From Eledone cirrhosa (lineage: Eukaryota), in the NCBI GenBank assembly GCA_964016885.1, contig OZ024746.1:48918001-48982000 (forward strand): a stretch of DNA of 64,000 nucleotides. Reading direction: 5' to 3'. The notes below the pieces were generated by a model. The model was not told where the DNA came from and ran no database searches. It saw only the letters and a program-made list of their open reading frames with translations. This document shows positions 39,973 through 52,665 of the stretch, one piece after another. Positions within the stretch are counted from its first letter, which is position 1, and every line of letters begins with the position of its first letter. The translations under genes were made by a program, and so were the position numbers.

Positions 39973-41229
39973 ATGGGATCATCCGACTCAGCTCAGGTAA
40001 CTGACCTTGTGGGCTTATTTTTAATCAATTCGCTACATAGGAAAATACCTGGTACTACCGGAGGTTTATATAGAGATGACATGCTTTTACTTATTGATAA
40101 TAATAACTCTGAACTAAATAGAAAATGTAAACAAATTACACAATTTTTTAATTACATTAATCTTAAAATAGAAATTGAGAACAACCATAGAATAGTCAAT
40201 TTCCTAGATATAACATTAAATCTCAACACATGTCTTCACTATCCTTTTCACAAGTTGAATGAAAACTTAAACTATGTCAACTTTAACTCTAACCACCCCA
40301 GATCTGTCAAAAACACTATAGTAAACTCTGTTCAAAAACGTATCTCTAGGATCTCGTCGAATAGAAAGATTTTCGACGAAAAAGCCCAATACTACAATGA
40401 AGCATTAGCTAGAGCAGGATATGCTGATAAGATTATGTACATAGATAATGATAGACAAACTAAACAAAATAACAACTATTTTAATTACGGCAACAACCTT
40501 AACAACTATAATAGAAAGCATTACACTAATTCCAAAGGCCAAAAAAGAAATAGAACTAGGAACATAATTTGGTTTGCCCCCCCCTTCTCACTAAACATTA
40601 AAACCCACATCGCTAAACTATTTTTTAAAGCTCTTGATAATCGCTTCCCTAGAACACATAGGTATCACTCAATTTTCAATAGACATACTATAAAATTAAC
40701 CTACTCATCCACCAAAAATTTAGCACAAAATATTAATAGAATAAATAATAGGAACTTAAAACCTAGTGATAATAGCATAAATAATATACAAGTTAACAAA
40801 TGTAACTGTAGAGATAGATCTATATGTCCGTTAAATAACAACTGCTTAGTTAAAAATATAGTATACAATTGTAATGTTAAAACTGACTCTAATTCTTTTA
40901 ACTACGTCGGTTCCACATCGACAGAATTTAAACTTCGCTATAATAACCACAAGAATTCTTTCACAGATCCAAGCAAAAAATCTTCAACGGCACTATCAGG
41001 CGTACTCTGGCAACTTAAGCTAGATAACGTTAGATATTCGACGGCTTGGAATATAGTCTCAAGAGGGATTCCTTTTAATTCATCCTCTGAGACATGTGAC
41101 CTCTGCGCAGAGGAGATATTCTTTATACTAAAATCTAAAAATTCCCTTAATCTACGGACAAATTTATTCAGTTGCTGCAAACATAGATTAAACTCAACGT
41201 TTAAATATAAATTTAAATTTAAAATGTAG
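39973..41229 (+). CDS. PLE RT C-terminus plus GIY-YIG endonuclease (5'-truncated)
   Basis: GGLYRDD, NFLDITL, CNCR..CPL..CL, IVY..YVGST, CDLC.EE, CKH. Confidence 0.88.
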   Translation: MGSSDSAQVTDLVGLFLINSLHRKIPGTTGGLYRDDMLLLIDNNNSELNRKCKQITQFFNYINLKIEIENNHRIVNFLDITLNLNTCLHYPFHKLNENLNYVNFNSNHPRSVKNTIVNSVQKRISRISSNRKIFDEKAQYYNEALARAGYADKIMYIDNDRQTKQNNNYFNYGNNLNNYNRKHYTNSKGQKRNRTRNIIWFAPPFSLNIKTHIAKLFFKALDNRFPRTHRYHSIFNRHTIKLTYSSTKNLAQNINRINNRNLKPSDNSINNIQVNKCNCRDRSICPLNNNCLVKNIVYNCNVKTDSNSFNYVGSTSTEFKLRYNNHKNSFTDPSKKSSTALSGVLWQLKLDNVRYSTAWNIVSRGIPFNSSSETCDLCAEEIFFILKSKNSLNLRTNLFSCCKHRLNSTFKYKFKFKM

Positions 41230-42577
41230 TATATTTAGTTTGATTTATAATTATATGGGAAACTAGCCGATAAATCTTTCGATTTCTTCTTTTTATTCTT
41301 TTTATTTTTTATTTTTATTTTTATTTAAACATTCTTCATGAAAAATTAAGCTACCCTAAAAGTTGATGCTCCAAATATTTCGAATAAACGTTACACTAGA
41401 TAAACTTCTATATTAAATATAAGAACACATGTAGACCAATTGGGCATCCTAAACTTTTTGAAATGATCTTTGCTAGATGCGATTTGATAAATAATTTTTA
41501 GCTTTATCTGTTTTTCGACTCTGATGCTTATAATGAACTTGGCAATATATTGTCAATTAATTTTGAACGGTTGATCTTTGTGTTTATTTTTATTATTGTA
41601 GTATTTTCTAATATTTTTATTTTTAATATTTTTAATATGTAATATTTTTAATATGTAATATTCTTTCGTAATATTTTTTAGTTTTCTATTTTATTATTAC
41701 TTATTATTATTATTATTGTTATTTTTTGGTTTTGTTTCTGATATATATTTTTATTAGTATATTGAAATCTGCTCTCTATTTCTGCTTGATAGATAATCTT
41801 GTAGAGTAAAGACAGGAATAGTAGTAATATTGACTCTATATATATATTTGTGTGTATATATATACACATATATGTATACTTAAATTTTTATAGCACAATG
41901 AGAATGTTTTCCGTGAACTTAGGGTTTGCAGAGTTGATCATGTAAATTCACATAGATGTTTGTAGTTATCACATAAACATATGAATTTAAAAAAAAAAAA
42001 CTAAACATAAGATCATTACTTTTCACACATTATGGATACATGTCTCATTCAGGAATACTGATATTTACAATATAGTGGCTGGTTTTTATACATACTAATA
42101 CCTCTACATTAAAACATAAGGGTTTTTATGCCTCGCCTATGTCTGGTTATTTTTAATTTTTCTCTCTATATAACAGCTGGTTTCTCTCCTAACCACATAT
42201 ATCTCCCTTACATTAATACTAGAGCTAAATAAATAAATAAATAAATAAATGTATCATTGATACGTTTACTCAACGGACGTCCCACTACCTAGTTTTCTAT
42301 ATATATATATATATCTCTATTTCCTCTCTCTCTATATATATATCTCTCTGTTTCTTTACATGAAGTTCTTCTCTTTATCTATCTTTCCATCCCTCTATTT
42401 TGTTCCATGCATTTCTTCTTTTTTTTTCTTTTTTTTTCTTCGTTTTCTGTCTTTCTTTCCTTTTTTCTCTCTTTTCTCTCTGTGTACAATTTTTTCACTG
42501 CCAATTCAACTTTTCAAATACAAGTCGATGTTGTTACGGTATGTCAAATCTATTTATTTATAAAACTGTTTATATTG

Positions 42578-42643
42578 TATTTTGTCTGAGGAAGGCATAG
42601 CATATTGTTAATATGATATCCCTGAAATATATATAATGAAATA
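42578..42643 (+). ncRNA. Hammerhead ribozyme motif in the PLE 3' UTR/pLTR
   Basis: TATTTTGT-CTGAGGA-helix II-GAAA-T-atat-A-TA-ATGAAATA; mirror copy at about 37622-37688 (-). Confidence 0.7.
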
Positions 42644-43023
42644 AATATGGTTTTATAAATATAGTTTCCATTTATTTAATATTGTAAATATACGCCAAAT
42701 ACTTGTCGAGTGCTTTTATATCAGTTATAAATATTTACTAGTTGTAACCCAACAATTTAAATATAATTTTCCATATATATATATATATATATATGCAAAA
42801 GTTTTATTTAAGATTGTTGGGTTACAACGAGTAAATATTTTATAACTGATATAAAAGCACTCAGCAGTTTCTGGAGTAGGTTTACGATATTAAACAAATG
42901 GAAACTATATTTATATTTATAAAACCATATTTATTTCGTTATATATATTTCTGGGATATCATATTAAAAATATGTTATGCCTTCCTCAGACAAAATACAA
43001 TACATAAGCTGTTTTATAAATAA

Positions 43024-44184
43024 CTAGCAGTAAAGCCCGGCGTTGCTCGGGGTCGCTCAGTAGCTGTGTTAAAGTTACAATGTTAAGTTTCTTTTTTGGC
43101 TTAAAAACTGTAGTGTCTACTGTGCAGACTTGCATGTGGTGTTTTTGATTAATATTCCCTCAACCAACAATATGCCTTATGAAGTTAAGAAAACATAACG
43201 ATAACCCGAATGTTATAACAAAAGAGGATGCTGGGGATAAAAACTGCACTGGTTATTTATTAACAAAGATCGAAAATGTAAACACTGCAACGCAGAGAAA
43301 AACATTAGCGTAACCAAATTATCAGTTATGTCTGTCTGCACGCCTATATCACCTCTCTGCACGACTGTCTGTCTGCACGCCTATATCACCTCTCTGCACG
43401 ACTGTCTGTCTGCACGCCTATATCAACTCTCTGCACGACTGTCTGTCTGCACGCCTATATCACCTCTCTGCACGACTGTCTGTCTGCACGCCTATATCAC
43501 CTCTCTGCACGACTGTCTGTCTGCACGCCTAACGAAATTTACAGATACATATATTTTAAATAAACTTATATAATTTTTGCTTTTTTTTATGAAATATTTG
43601 CTTGTTTTACGTAGTCTTTAAATAGACTTGTTTTCAAGTAAAAATATTGTTTTAAAAGGCTTTTAAATGGAAATGAAGCAAAACGGAAGCTTAGTGTTCG
43701 AACTGATGAATTTTGCAGGTCAAAATTTTGCTGGCTCGACAACTGTTCGTGTATTGTGTTAATGTCATTTTAAACGCTGAGAAAGCCAGCGTAATTTTTT
43801 TAATTTTTGCCAGCGTAATTTTTTTAATTTTTGCACGCAGAAAATGTAAACAGAACGTAAGACGCTACGCTGAATGTAAACAGAACAAAGGGAAATCATT
43901 TTTTTAATTTTTGCACGCAGAAAATGTAAAGAGAACGTAAGACGCTACGCTGAATGTAAACATAACAAAGGGAAATAACTGATCACTTACGCTCAAAAAT
44001 CGATACATTATATTCGATTTCGTCAGATAGGGCGGGTCAATTTGAAATATTTTTTTCCGATGTCTTCGCTAGGGCTCAATGTACAAGTATAGCAATTTCG
44101 GTGCAATTCCGTGAGAGATTCTAAGAGGAGATGTGTGCCAAAAATCGATAGACAGACAGACAACCTCAGTTTTATATATATAGA
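43024..44184 (-). mobile_element. Non-autonomous Helitron
   Basis: Minus strand begins TC (TCTATATATATAAAAC) and ends with a GC hairpin (CCCGAGCAACGCCGGG) plus CTAG; inserted between A and T with no TSD, shown by the empty site in the opposite arm. Confidence 0.85.
43329..43530. repeat. 37-bp minisatellite, about 5.5 copies, inside the Helitron
   Basis: Unit TGTCTGTCTGCACGCCTATATCACCTCTCTGCACGAC. Confidence 0.95.
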
Positions 44185-44429
44185 TTAGTGACATACCTTG
44201 TGATAATGCAACTTCCTTTTAAAAAGGAAGTTGCATTATTGCAAATCAACTTTTTAAAAGGAAGTTGCATTATCACAAGGTATGTCACTAATTATTTATA
44301 AAACAGCTTATGTATTGTATTTTGTCTGAGGAAGGCATAACATATTTTTAATATGATATCCCAGAAATATATATAACGAAATAAATATGGTTTTATAAAT
44401 ATAAATATAGTTTCCATTTGTTTAATATC

Positions 44430-44473
<44 letters not shown>

Positions 44474-44666
44474 ATGTATTTATATTTATGTTTCTATGTG
44501 TATGTATGTGTGTATATATGTGTGTGTGGTTGTATATATGTATGTGTATGTATGGATGTGTTGATATTTATGTGCGTATGTATATATGTGTATATGTATG
44601 TGTATGTGTGTATTTATATACACATATATGTGTGTGTGTGCATGTATGAGTGTATGTATATGTATA

Positions 44667-44701
<35 letters not shown>

Positions 44702-44709
<8 letters not shown>

Positions 44710-45130
44710 AAGTTAAATAAAAGTCAAATGATTAAAATTTAGCTTCGTTTATTACTGCTATATATATTTCAGTGACAGCCATCTTTGGCTGTGACCTCTT
44801 CAGGCAGTTTGAATTAGTATGGTATAGACAAGTACATATGTTGTTTAGGTGTATGATATTGTCAATACTCTGAGTATTGATAATATCATACACCTAAACA
44901 ACATATGTACTTGTCTATACCATACTAATTCAAACTGCCTGAAGAGGTCACAGCCAAAGATGGCTGTCACTGAAATATATATAGCAGTAATAAACGAAGC
45001 TAAATTTTAATCATTTGACTTTTATTTAACTTTATTTTACACTACTCCGGAGTAACCAAACCAACCTGCGCACTTCGTCGAGTGCTCCAGCCTGCATACT
45101 GAGGTGTTGATATACAACCAACATAAACTC

Positions 45131-45135
<5 letters not shown>
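44702..45135 (+). mobile_element. Near-perfect palindrome of about 340 bp (44702-45039) with an HHR on each arm plus 3' tail
   Basis: Centre CAATACTCTGAGTATTG; microsatellite flanks. Confidence 0.85.
44934..44988 (+). ncRNA. Complete type I minimal hammerhead ribozyme motif
   Basis: ACTGC-CTGAAGA-gg(tc)acagcca aaga tggctgt(ca)ct-GAAA-T-atat-A-TA-GCAGT; identical mirror copy at 44754-44808 (-). Confidence 0.85.
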
Positions 45136-45215
<80 letters not shown>

Positions 45216-45222
<7 letters not shown>

Positions 45223-45625
45223 ATCAAAAGATGGTTAAAGGAGTTCCATGTATTTTATTATGCGCATTTCAAAAACAAACATCATCATGCAATAATATTT
45301 GTGTTTTCATCAGATAAAACAGGAGAACATGATATGAAAGCTAAAAAACACTTGTGGATAGTGCAGTTTTAAATCAGTTTTAAACTGCACTATCCACAAG
45401 TGTTTTTTAGCCTTCATATCATGTTCACCTGTTTTATCTGATGAAAACACAAATATTATTGCATGATGATGTTTGTTTTTGAAATGCGCATAATAAAATA
45501 CATGGAACTCCTTTAACCATCTTTTGATCTTATATTATGTATACTCCAGTCCTACAAACTGTAGAGTGCTTCTTATCCGATATCTGCATTGCTTTATTGT
45601 ACTACAATAAAACTCACCTCCTACA
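45216..45625 (+). mobile_element. Near-perfect palindrome of about 320 bp (45216-45534) with an HHR on each arm plus 3' tail
   Basis: Centre at about 45375; tail shared with 56100-56190; (TA)n flanks. Confidence 0.85.
45432..45498 (+). ncRNA. Type I minimal hammerhead ribozyme motif
   Basis: TTTTAT-CTGATGA-aaac...gtttt-GAAA-T-gcgc-A-TA-ATAAAA; mirror copy at about 45254-45320 (-). Confidence 0.82.
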
Positions 45626-45643
45626 TATATATATATATATATA

Positions 45644-45965
45644 TGTCTGTGTGTATGTATGCTTTTGTGTGTGAGTGTGCGTGTTTTTGTGTGTGTGTTT
45701 GCATGTGTTGTTTTATTGTATTTTTCCTTTCCTTCTTCCTTCTCCGGCCTCACTTTCATATAGATTGCATTTTTGTTTTTAAAATCCAAATTCAATAAAC
45801 AGACCAGGATTTTTTCATTCTGAGGATTGAAAGCAAAATATTTTGCATTTAAGAAACCACTGGTAAATGGAATAATTGCCTTATGTTGTTTATTACATAA
45901 CTATTAAGCTCTGTTACCTACATAGAGCACTCTTTTTTCCTGGACTTTTCCGACGGAATTACTTC

Positions 45966-45968
<3 letters not shown>
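45644..45968 (+). mobile_element. Dispersed pLTR of the 34-37 kb PLE family
   Basis: Reverse complement of about 34232-34480; contains CTGAGGATTGAAA. Confidence 0.75.
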
Positions 45969-46011
<43 letters not shown>

Positions 46012-46544
46012 GGAGAGAAAGGTGGAAATATAGATAAGCAAGATTATAGATATATATACCATGAACATGATTACATAGCCGAACAACGGTATCATATAAC
46101 TGCTATTTTCGTCAATAAAACGCCTTCGGCAGTTTAATAATTAATTATAAGCAAATGTTAGAATTGTCGTCCTGTTCACTTACTATATGGTAAATATGTA
46201 TCACTCTTCATTGCACAACAGCGATGGGGAATGTTTACAATCTGAATAGCCATTTTAGTAGGATATATAATAATACCAACAACAACAACAATAATAATAC
46301 TTTCTTTATTAACCACAAGGGTTTACATAAAGTAGACATTAAGGACAGTACAGGACAATACAGGACGGTACAAATGGGCATTTCTGGGTGTAAAAAACAA
46401 AGACAGAGGATGTAACAAAAAATAACAATGAAAAATTTCCCAATAGGGGGGAGATTTCCGAGGGACATTTGTGGAGAAAGCCCATTAAAAGGCCACAAGA
46501 AACCTCACCACCAGGGCCAGTGCCCTCTCCCGGTTTTACACCTT

Positions 46545-49500
46545 TAATTTTCAGACACATACTCAGAGTATGCCCATTCACTCGGGCCATTCTTGCTTCT
46601 CTCACCCATCTTTCAACAAAATGCTGGCAAAAGAGCACTTCCCTCTCTACCCTGATTTTTCTTTTCAAATGAAATTTTAAAAAGTAAATCAGGGCATCAC
46701 CGAAGAGGTAATTGCTCGTCTTCAGCCCTTTCAAACGTGTCCACCATACTATCTCTTTCGCCATGGCCACCAGACAGATAAAAACTGCTTGCAGGTGTTC
46801 GACATAAACCCACAAATAAGCAATGCTCGGACATTGGACGAGTGGGTGCACGACGGTTTCGTCGCCCTGCACGCATCTCGGACATGCCCGGCTGACGGCA
46901 TCTCCATGCTTGTAGAGTTTATCCCTAATTGGCAAAGCTCCCCGGTAGCACTGCCAGGCCAGGGATTTCTGGAAGTTGTCCATAGGCCCCGGCCCGAAAG
47001 TCCTTTCGAAGAGATTGGATAGTTGATTTTCGTCGACGCCTAGAGTTTCCCCAAGTACGTCGTCGCTCTTCCCCTCCACTAATCCTCTATAGAACGCCGA
47101 GGTGGAGTTTCCACCGATCACATTGCCCAATTGGTCGAGGGCTGTGAGCGCCTCAAGACATTCCAGTCTCCAAGCGCTCCCTCTCGGTCTTCGCTTGACC
47201 CATGACTGCAGCTCCGTCAAGCAGACGAGCTGGGGAAAGACGCGTCTAGCAAACGGCGACCACACCTGATTACCGTCGAGGAAGAGGTGGAGATGTCGTA
47301 GCCTGAGCCCGTGTCTGCGCATCATCAGCCACGGCTTGCCCAGCCCTCCACGTAGCGGGTGTTGACAGCAGATGGACCGCCTGACCATCGGAGCGCGTCC
47401 CTTCCACAAAAAGCGAAAGGGCAAACGCTCCAGCGCAGTCAGGCGGGGCTTAGGACAAGGTACGACGGTCAGGCGGTAGTAGATGATGGACGTGATGTAC
47501 GCGTTAGCCACCTCCGCTCGACCTTTCAGGGATAGCTTCCTCTCCGCCCATTTCTGGGTGAGAGAAGCCACCCTGCTCGTCACCTCGTCCCAGTTTTTGT
47601 CCGTCTGGAGGTCGGGACCGAACCAGACCCCTAGCAATTTAACCGGTCCGTCCGTCCAGCGCCCGACGACGCTGTTAGATGGCCTGGACCTGCCTCTCCA
47701 GATGCCGAACTGCAGGCCCACTGGTTGATCATTGCTCCTGTCACCGCTTCGTATTCTCTTAGTGTAGTGCCGGTCACCTCGATGTGTTTGGCATTCGACA
47801 CCACTACGGTGACATCGTCCGCATATGCTGACACGGATTCTAGTTCGCGCGGGACACCCCTCAACGTCTCCAGTTTGTGCAGTAATGGCTCGAGAGTCAA
47901 TACGTACAAGAGGGACGAGAGGGGACATCCTTGACATGACCGTTCACTCTCACCACAGAGCAGATGTCGCTGTGCATGGCAGCGATCCAGCCTCTGAAGA
48001 TGGGCCCAAAGCCAGCCGCCTACAGAACTGCCGCTAGGTAACGATGGTCGACCCTATCGAAAGCTTTCGACTGATCTAAATTGCCAGGTTCCCTAGCTAC
48101 CCTCTCTACGATGCATCGCATGAGGTGGAGGTTGTCGTGGATGGATCTGTCGGGAATGGTGCATGTCTGCGCCTCTCCAACCAGACCACCAATGACAAGC
48201 GCCAACCTCTTTGCTAGCACCTTGGCTAAAATCTTGAACTCTGTGTTTAGCAGAGTTATGGGCCTGAAATTATCTATGTTATCACCCTTGTTCGGATCCT
48301 TTCTCAGCAGCGCCACCGCTCCTCGGCCACAGAGCTGGGAATTCTCCCGTTCTGTTGCCAGTTGCAGTAGACATCCGCCAAGAGGCATCCGAACAAGTCT
48401 GGCATTTGTACGTAAAGTTCATAGGGCAGACCATCCAAACCAGGCGATTTACCCCTTGTGCAGCCAGTCATTGCCTCCCGTACTTCAGCGGTTGTTATCG
48501 GCTTTTCGCAACACTCCGCCTTAGTGGCCGAGAGCCGCGGCAGTCCGTCGAGGTAGAGACTAAAGGCCATACCTCGATCCGGCCCGCCGCTGACCCCGAA
48601 CAGCTGAGCGAAGTATCGCAGAAAAGCTTCACACATTTGCCAGGGATCGAGTAGCATGCGCCCGTCGTGGTCCACCAAAGACCGTATCGTGGCTTTTTTG
48701 CCACGACGCGCCTCCGCCATTCGGGCTCATTGAACGGCTTTCGTCCCCTCGTGTCTGAGAGCACGCACCTTAGCTCTGACAACGCAGCCTTCGTGCTTTG
48801 CATTGAATAATTGTTCAAGGGCCAATTTCGCCGCAAGTACGTCGGTCGCGATGCCTTTGCTAAGCGCCTCGTCTAATTTTCTAACTAGTTCTCCCTCTGC
48901 TCTATTTTTCTCTATTGCTAAAGCCTTACTAAACCTAATGGACTCTATTCTAATCGCTCTTTTCAGAGCAAACCACCACTTGTTGTTGACGATGGCCCCC
49001 CTCAACGCTCGCTTAACTAGTTCGCTAATCTGGTCTCTGTAGGCCTTGTGCGCTGGTAAGGACGCGTTTAGCTTCCAGTAGCCAGGTCCTCGTCTATGAA
49101 GCCTATCTAAGTCAAGCACTCAGATCACGAATTTGTAGTCCGTGTAGCTGACTATCTTGAATTGTGAACAGCCTATGCTTGACCTATCTATTTCCATACA
49201 CAATACTCTATCTAGATATGATCTGGATGACCCGATCCGGTTTGTCCAAGTCCACATTGGCACATTCGGGAAATCCAATCGGTACCTGTCAGACAGTTCA
49301 ATACGCCAGAGCAGGTTGGTGAGGCTCTTGCACCCTCCTCCCCTATCCGCTAATCCCACACACTCCCAGCGTGCATTTATCATCCTGTTCCAGTCGCCCA
49401 CTAACACTATAGAGCAGGACGTTCCAAGAAAGGTCTCCAGACGCCGGAAGAAATCAGGCCGTGCTGCTCTTGTCGGGGCATAGACGGCCACTAGCCTGAA

Positions 49501-49850
49501 AGCTTGCCCGTCTCCGCTAATCACGTCCAGTACCACCAACTTACCTTCTGGGTCCAGGAAGATGGCCCCTATGGCGAGATCCAAACCTCTCCGAAAAAGC
49601 ACAGCAACTTCTCTCCGATCCAGGACGGCTAGGAGATGCGTACACATCGTAGCCGCCGAAGATCAGTGCAAAGGCCCGTGCTTCGAAGATTCTGGTCTCG
49701 CTGATGGCCACTACATCTATGTTTAGTGACCTGAGGTCGTTGAATAGGTGGCCCTGCTTCAATGACGACCCCACGCCACGCGCATTTATGCTGCCTATTC
49801 TGAGTGAGGTCGTGTTGAAATGGAGTGGAAAAGATGGGAAAGACCACTTA
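46545..49850 (-). pseudogene. ORF2: APE endonuclease, RT and C-terminal zinc finger, multiply frameshifted
   Basis: ISET, VYAP, GDWN, SYLDR, RGPGYWKLN, KSPGLDGLP, FRPITLLN, DQSKAFDRV, AYADD, CPRC..H. Confidence 0.9.
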
Positions 49851-50417
49851 CCTTACTTCTCGTAGAGGAAGGATGGTTTCTCCATCCCTTTCCACTTGAT
49901 CGTCTGGTGAAGGGACCGTTGAATCGCCCCTTCGGCTGGTCGTCGGCTCTTCTGTGAGTATATCCGAATATACTCTCCGGTTGAGTGTCCCTCCTAGGTC
50001 TCTGAAATCACCAACTGCGTTGGGGAATTTTATTTTAATGTTTGTGTATTGTTTCTGTGCTATTCTTACCAGTCTTATGTTCGTTGGTGTTTTGATTGGT
50101 GCTGGTATTATGTAGTTTTACTGTGAAATGTCTGTGTGTTCAATTATGTAAGTCATTAGTTTCTTATGTGTATTTATTGCTGTGAATTTCTTTTTCTGGG
50201 GGTGGGATGTGGTTCTGCTATTTTCTTTTCATTGTTGCTGGGTGTGTGTGTTTTGTTGTTGTGTTTGCGATGTTGGTGCTTTTGGTGATGGTGTTGAAGG
50301 TGTTGTTGTTGTTGGCGGTGGGGTTGCCGCCGGTGGTGATGGTGGTGCTAGTGTGGGTGGTGATGGTGTTGGTGGTGTTGCTGCTGTAAGTCTCTTTGCA
50401 GTAGCCTTTACCCTTTT

Positions 50418-51574
50418 TTAATTTCTTCCATCCCTTTTCGAAGGCGACGATGCGCTGCTTATGCGTTTGTGCCTTCTTGCAACCTTTTTCCATCCCTCTC
50501 CCACCTCACACTCCATGTCCGATTCTGTGAGGTCGGGGAGGGGTACCAGCTCTACTCTTTCACTTGTTCTTGTTGGTGATGGTTGCAGTGGAGTCTCTGT
50601 TCCAGCTGCAGTTGGTGTTACTGTTGTTGTTGTTAATACTTCCACTGCTGCTGCTGTTCTTGATTTCCGTGGCGTGGGTATGGGTTCCACGGACCTATCC
50701 TTCCTGCTTGCCGCCTGTCCTGTTGCTGGTAGCATTTGAGCTGGTTTCGGAAGGAGGGGGGGTCTCCTTTCTCGGGGTCTTCTCATTGCAGAAGGCCCTG
50801 AGGTGAGTCTTCGACCCACAGCGAAAGCATTTCGGGCGTTTGCTCTCAACACTTATGGGCAGTTGAGAGCCGTTATCGAAGTCTATCACATCCGGGATAG
50901 CTTCGATGCACGCCTGGTTGGTTTGAGTTAATATCTCAATGGAGGTGCCTACCCAATCTTCTCTTACTTTTTTCTGTACTTGCAGTACAGTTGTTTTGTC
51001 CTCGATTCCGACGAGGACAGACGCGGCCAGCCAAGAAGGGGCCATCCCGGAGGGGGGGGGGGGGGTCATATTGACCCTCACGATTTTTTGCCCGCAGTAG
51101 GAGGGCACCAACACCATTTCCTCGCTCCTTAGGGTCACTAAGGATTGAGCCTTTGCCTCCTGGGGTGTGGCAAAAAGCACGTCCACGGTGGCATATTTCT
51201 TGCCTCGGGTGTATGCGTTTTCCGCTGCCACACAGACCCTAAGGCTTTTTGTATTTGAGCCTCTGTATTTGAGCCTCTTTCAACCCTACGTGATTTTGTG
51301 CTTACTGTAAGGTACGGGACCGTACAGTGCTGTTGGGTTTCGAAAAATTTTTCGGCTGCCTTGCAGATTGCTCGGTGTCCGGTTTTCGTCACCATCTTCT
51401 TTGCTTCCTGTAATTCCTCATTTGTTATAAGGATGGTTTCCAGGTTCTTTGCGATACCTGCAAACGAGATTGGTTTTTCTTTCTTGTTGTTATTGTTGTC
51501 GTCAGAGCTGCTGTTACTTTTGTTGTTGCTGCTGGTACTACGCCCCCCGCCGCCGCTGTTTCTGTGGTTGTTGT

Positions 51575-51609
<35 letters not shown>

Positions 51610-51995
51610 CTGCTGTTCTTGTTTATGCTGCTGCTGATGTTGTTGCGGCTGCTACTAGTGTTTTCCTTGTCACTGTTGCTGCTGCTGCTGTTACTACGGC
51701 TGCTGCTGCTATTCTTCATGACGTCAGACGAATGAAATGGCTTTCCGTATTTACCGCACACATTTTTCGTCGTTGTCGTCGTCGTGGAGAAATGTTCCAC
51801 CGAATGCACGTTCTATTGGTGAAAGCTACCATAAACTATATTTTTCTTTTTCTTTAATGACGTCGCTTGCGAAAGAGGCGACACCACATTTAGAGAAGGG
51901 AGGGAGAGAGACAATCTCTCCGATGTAGTGACGATTGAGGAAGAAGAAGACGGTATGAGTGGGAGTGACTTGTGAAAATTCTTTTTTGTAGCCAT
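50418..51995 (-). pseudogene. ORF1, gag-like with CCHC knuckle, frameshifted
   Basis: S/N-rich N-terminus, SFAGIA, CFRCGSKTHLRAFC. Confidence 0.8.
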
Positions 51996-52209
51996 ATTTT
52001 TTTACGGTTTAAAATGAATATTGGGCACAAAACCCCAATAAGCCGTTATTTAACCCCGAAGGGCCAATAACGGGCAGAAAGACCCCTCTCACGAGGAGGA
52101 GGGTGTTTTTATCTACAATTTGGTTCAAGTTTTAAACAATTTACAATTCTTATAGCGGTTAAAAATTACTGTACCTTACAGAGCCGAGCCTCCGTCAATC
52201 ATGGCATTC

Positions 52210-52210
<1 letters not shown>

Positions 52211-52296
<86 letters not shown>

Positions 52297-52303
52297 AATA
52301 ATG
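52211..52303. repeat. (AAT)n(GAT)n microsatellite
   Basis: Direct reading. Confidence 0.95.
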
Positions 52304-52520
52304 AACAAATATCTATTTCATACTATATATAATGTATTATAAATAAAAATATAGATCAGGTAAACTTGTTAACTCTTTCTTTTCACTCAATGGGATTTGG
52401 GGTTTTGAATTTCATTTGAAATTTCTTCAATATCTTAGTCATAGGAAATAGCTTTCAGTTTAATACAAGTCTCCAAATTCAATGAAATTAACATAAAAAG
52501 TTAGAGCACCTAAGACCCAC

Positions 52521-52665
52521 TCGAAGATGCAAAAAAGCCGCATGTAGATCCGGGGCTGCAATTACCCGAAATCTCCTCTCCGGACTCCGGATTATTTTGA
52601 CTATTTTCAAGTTTCGTATCACGAAATAAATGAATTGTGCAAATATCTTCTGTCGGTTTGACCAT
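52521..52665 (-). CDS. Candidate first coding exon of a host gene (possibly a PDZ-like N-terminus)
   Basis: MVKPTEDICTIHLFRD...STCGFFASS followed by a plausible donor site GTGGGT; non-repetitive-looking sequence. Confidence 0.25.

Larger units (their letters stand above)
42795..44432 (-). mobile_element. HHR-bearing pLTR fold-back element (same family as 37575-42772) interrupted by a Helitron
   Basis: Arm 42884-43023 plus 44185-44225 is inverted relative to about 44255-44431; HHR at about 44318-44383 (+) and 42932-42997 (-). Confidence 0.75.
46300..52210 (-). mobile_element. Near full-length Tx1-like (L1 superfamily) non-LTR retrotransposon
   Basis: 5' UTR, ORF1 and ORF2, AATAAA near the 3' end, AAT repeats on both sides. 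Confidence 0.9.

Noticed and set aside
43329-43530. 37-bp repeat array resembling CRISPR in unit length
   Set aside because: Units are contiguous with no unique spacers, no cas genes are present, and the context is a eukaryotic Helitron
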